Source: a virus | Virus genome (UHGV): UHGV-0179344 | Reading direction: 5' to 3' (one strand) | DNA length: 17,717 nt | Shown: positions 16,017 to 17,717 of the stretch, piece by piece | How the letters are laid out: each line of letters begins with the position of its first letter | How positions within the stretch are numbered: position 1 is the first letter of the stretch | Made by a program: the position numbers and the translations under genes | Notes under the pieces: model-generated | The model's database searches: none | What the model was told of the DNA's origin: nothing | What the model saw: only the letters and a program-made list of their open reading frames with translations

Positions 16017-17113
16017 TTATCTTCTGAATGTAACAGGTGCCGACTTCAGCACGTCCCGTTTTTTCTGCGTTACTGCAAAGTATCTGAATCCGTCAGATCC
16101 GTGCGATGTCCAGTCGTGAAGTGGCTTGTCTTTCCAGCACCCTCGCTTGTCATCCCACTCCTTGCGATAGCTCTCCAGGGCGTTAAGTCCTTCTTCGCAT
16201 TTCACGTCATCAAAGGCGCATCGCGGGAGGATTTCACGCACCTGCTCGATACCGTCGTCAACGCCAAGCTTTGGCACCACCTGGAAGGTGATCCCATATC
16301 TGGTGCCGTCAATTTCGTAGCCTTCACGCGCCAGCTCTCGCCGGGTCTTGGCATCAGAACCGAACTCGCGGTTGTCAATATCGTGCGGCCCCCAGTGAGC
16401 GGCATAGGTATAGCCTTTATCCTTCAGCACCTTCATGTAATGGCGCAGGCCCTCACCGCTGTTCTCGTAGTAGTCGATGACGTGATACTCCTCGCCAACG
16501 ATGCGAACGAACCAGATAGCGGTGGAGTCGCTGACCCCGATATCCCAGAAGGTGTGGACAGGGAGGTGAGAGTTATCAGGAAGAGCACCAATGCGCTTCT
16601 GCTCGTAGAGCTTGCGGAACTGCTTAGCGTAGTAGGCACCTTCAACCGACTGCTGGAATGCTTCCGCTGGGATTGACGGATACTCCCGCTTCATGTCATC
16701 GCCGAGCGTTTTCTCTTTGGCGTAATACCAGGCCCGCTGACGCTCGTTAAGCACAATGCCGTACTTCGCCTCAAGCTCAGCGAAATAATCGCTCAGCCGC
16801 TGCGGTAGAGCCTCTACGGGGTCAATTGCATACAGGGCATTCTTCCACCAACTGAAAAAGAAGAATTTCCAGTCTAGAGATGAGAGCAACTTGCCCTGAA
16901 GTTGTGCTTTCTCAGCCGACTGACAGTAATCGAAGAAGTAACCAGCCCGGCCTTCCGCAGTGCTTTCAATCGTCGTGAAACAGTCGCTTGATACTGCCTC
17001 AAAAGCACCAGTGACAATCTCTCGGGCCTTGTCGGGAAACTTGGCGCAGATCTTCCCGAACTCGGAAACGTGCAGGTAGCGCAGCGTACCGCCACGGAAA
17101 GATGTGCTGATAT
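16017..17113 (-). pseudogene. Terminase large subunit, 5'-truncated by IS insertion (ATPase N-terminus missing, nuclease domain present)
   Basis: Track ORF 16017..17195 contains FWDIGVSDSTAIWF and WGPHDID, terminase nuclease-type acidic motifs, but its first ~27 codons lie inside the IS terminal repeat region. There is no Walker A and no plausible start downstream of the junction. Confidence 0.6.

Positions 17114-17717
<604 letters not shown>

Noticed and set aside
15204-16676. Plus-strand ORFs 15204..15962 and 15993..16676
   Set aside because: Antisense shadows of the portal and terminase genes.

Overview
The window is almost entirely one minus-strand late (structural) operon of a tailed, siphovirus-type prophage, with an IS3-family insertion sequence at the right edge. 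No database search was possible, so all product calls rest on motifs I recognise in the supplied translations and on gene order. Reading in the direction of transcription (high to low coordinates): IS3-family element (about 17114 to the window end, transposase OrfB partial), then a large terminase remnant whose 5' end is replaced by the IS, portal, Mu-F/SPP1-gp7-like minor head protein, a 58-aa ORF absent from the ORF track, scaffold, major capsid protein, a Gly-rich 70-aa ORF flanked by GC hairpins, three head-tail joining proteins, tail terminator, major tail protein with an Ig-like C-terminus, G/GT tail chaperone pair with an A-AAA-AAG slippery site, a low-GC two-gene moron (Rha-family protein plus a small secreted 4-Cys protein) bracketed by intrinsic terminators, tape measure protein, three small tail-tip proteins (one NlpC/P60-like) and the 5' part of a large J-like tail-tip protein running off the left edge. 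The most interesting candidates are the moron island inside the tail module and the IS-disrupted terminase. No tRNA, rRNA or CRISPR array was seen. All plus-strand ORFs in the track look like antisense shadows.
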